In this document: one piece after another, positions 43,795 to 45,182 of the stretch | Layout: the number at the start of each line of letters is the position of its first letter | Numbering within the stretch: position 1 is the stretch's first letter | Origin: Candidatus Hodarchaeaceae archaeon | GTDB taxonomy: Archaea > Hadarchaeota > Hadarchaeia > Hadarchaeales > Hadarchaeaceae | Direction of reading: 5' to 3' | Length of the DNA: 45,182 nt | Assembly: GCA_030016755.1 (NCBI GenBank) | Contig: JASEJC010000002.1 | Coordinates: forward strand, 1 to 45,182 | Notes under the pieces: generated by a model | Seen by the model: the letters and a program-made list of their open reading frames with translations, nothing else | What the model was told of the DNA's origin: nothing | The model's database searches: none | Program-made: the position numbers and the translations under genes

Positions 43795-44915
43795 CGCCGT
43801 TGCGTAGGCTTGTCTGGGTTAGGGCTGACTGGGATGAGCCCTGGGAGCGCCGAAAACCCTTCGTGTCAGCTGCAATCGAGGCCGGAGCCGATGCGGTTCT
43901 GGTGAAACCCAAAGAAGCCCAAGATGCCCTCAAGCTAGGGGCTATAACGGTGGCCGCTGGTGAACCAGCCCCCGGTGTGAGGGTGGTGGTCCTCAGCGCC
44001 AGGAGCGCTGCCGAAGTAGAGAAAATGCTGAAGCAGGTTGAGAGGTTACATCAGGACGGGAAGAAAGTCGCGGTGCTCATCGAGGTAGCGAGCAAGGAGC
44101 TGGAGCGAGCCGCGGTTATGGCCGGGAAGTCCGCAGATTTCCTCGTCGCGGTAACGCCCGACTGGAGAGTTATTCCCCTCGAAAATCTCATCGCGGAGCT
44201 CCAGCGCGCCGAGGTCAAAGTCCTCGCTGGGGTGAAGGATGCAGCAGAGGCGAAGGTCGCGGCTGAAACCCTAGAGGTAGGGACTGCAGGGGTGCTGTTA
44301 GATCCGAGGGAGCGGGGGCCCGGCGAGGTCAAGAAGGTTTGCGAGACCTTCGAGCGGCTCACCCTCGAGAGGTTAGAGCTAGTGTCCGCCAAGGTGAAAA
44401 CTGTCCGACCCGTTGGAACCGGAGACCGAGCATGTGTAGACACAACTTCCTTGATGAGCATCGGAGAGGGAATGCTCGTGGGGAGCCAAGCGAGCGGCCT
44501 ATTCCTTGTGCACTCGGAGACCCTCCCCAGCGAATTCGTGGAGCCTCGGCCATTCCGCGTGAACGCCGGAGCGGTGCACGCTTACATCCGGCTCCCTAGG
44601 GGCAAGACCAAATACATGTCCGAGCTAGGGGCTGGCGACGAGGTGCTGATCGTCAGCGCTAGAGGCGATGCTCGTGTTGGCGTGGTCGGGCGCGTGAAGA
44701 TAGAGCGGCGCCCACTTCTGCTGGTTGAGGTCGAGCGCGAGGGGGAAGTATACAGGACGCTGCTCCAGAACGCCGAAACGATAAACCTCGTCGGCAAGGA
44801 CGGCAAGCCGATCTCGGTAGCGAAGCTCAAGCCCGGCGACGAGGTGCTGCTGCATGTCGAGCGGGCTGGGCGGCACTTCGGCGTCAAGGTCGAAGAAACC
44901 TTGGTGGAGAAGTAA
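43791..44915 (+). CDS. 3-dehydroquinate synthase II (archaeal type)
   Basis: [59 protein letters not shown] and [15 protein letters not shown] match the MJ1249-type family. Confidence 0.9.
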   Translation: MTPLRRLVWVRADWDEPWERRKPFVSAAIEAGADAVLVKPKEAQDALKLGAITVAAGEPAPGVRVVVLSARSAAEVEKMLKQVERLHQDGKKVAVLIEVASKELERAAVMAGKSADFLVAVTPDWRVIPLENLIAELQRAEVKVLAGVKDAAEAKVAAETLEVGTAGVLLDPRERGPGEVKKVCETFERLTLERLELVSAKVKTVRPVGTGDRACVDTTSLMSIGEGMLVGSQASGLFLVHSETLPSEFVEPRPFRVNAGAVHAYIRLPRGKTKYMSELGAGDEVLIVSARGDARVGVVGRVKIERRPLLLVEVEREGEVYRTLLQNAETINLVGKDGKPISVAKLKPGDEVLLHVERAGRHFGVKVEETLVEK

Positions 44916-44965
44916 ACAGGGGTGTTGACAACCAGCACGAAGAGCTGTCAGCAGGGGTGTTTACA

Positions 44966-45182
44966 TTGAGTGAGCTGAGACTGGGCAGGCACAAGCTGTC
45001 AACCCCGGCCATCTGCGGTTCGGTGGTCGGAAAAAATCTGAACGAGATGCGGGCAGGGGTAGCTAGGGCTCTCAAACAGGGCGCGGATTTGGTGGAGCTC
45101 CGAGTGGACGGCCTTCGAGACCAAACCGGGTGGGGGGGCCTGCTTCGAAAAGGCCTGCCGATTATCCTCACAAATAGGCCCA
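44966..45182 (+). CDS. aroD: 3-dehydroquinate dehydratase type I, N-terminal part (runs off the right edge)
   Basis: Hand translation gives (M)SELRLGRHKLSTPAICGSVVGKNLNEMRAGVARALKQGADLVELRVDGLRD...PIILTNRP. Start is the TTG at 44966 or the GTG at 44957. Confidence 0.7.
   Translation, partial: MSELRLGRHKLSTPAICGSVVGKNLNEMRAGVARALKQGADLVELRVDGLRDQTGWGGLLRKGLPIILTNRP

Noticed and set aside
1-45182. CRISPR arrays, rRNA genes, IS elements or integrases, and C/D-box or H/ACA sRNAs in intergenic spacers
   Set aside because: I saw no regularly spaced direct repeats, no rRNA-like stretches and no transposase or integrase translations. Visual scanning of the spacers longer than 60 nt found no convincing RUGAUGA...CUGA box pairs.

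Overview
Archaeal chromosomal segment, roughly 58% GC and gene-dense. The left 19.7 kb is a single co-directional minus-strand array. Read in the direction of transcription it runs: archease, rtcB, a SPOUT methyltransferase, then the full archaeal ribosomal-protein supercluster (uL3 to uL15), secY, adkA, a DUF106 insertase, eL34, cmk, eL14, cbf5, tRNA-Ser and uS13. Many of these genes have overlapping stop and start codons. The right part carries dcd, a KH protein, topoisomerase VI B and A, an aldehyde:ferredoxin oxidoreductase fused to hexulose-6-phosphate synthase, panB, aIF5A, NAD kinase, Nob1, a DUF47/PiT phosphate module, an M28 peptidase, tRNA-Leu, a split MgtE-like transporter with a PhoU/TrkA-C regulator, Cgi121, an OB-fold protein, aIF2-beta, and an aromatic amino-acid cluster that uses the archaeal ADH-synthase/DHQ-synthase-II route. 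No CRISPR arrays, rRNA genes or obvious mobile elements were seen. The main finding is that the tRNA-splicing ligase gene rtcB is split. A 30-nt in-frame insert carrying two stop codons sits exactly between Y and G of the conserved PDGHQGY|GFPIGG motif and folds as a relaxed bulge-helix-bulge (BHB) motif. I interpret it as a candidate mRNA mini-intron in the gene for the ligase that rejoins BHB-cleaved RNA. Supporting context is a 15-nt BHB intron at a non-canonical anticodon-stem position in tRNA-Leu(CAA) in the same window. Other notable items are the AOR-HPS fusion, a probable CTG start for SUI1 directly after the uL29 stop, a dockerin/EF-hand-like repeat inserted in SecY, and several domain insertions or fusions. 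All functional calls come from reading the translations against remembered family motifs. No database search was run.
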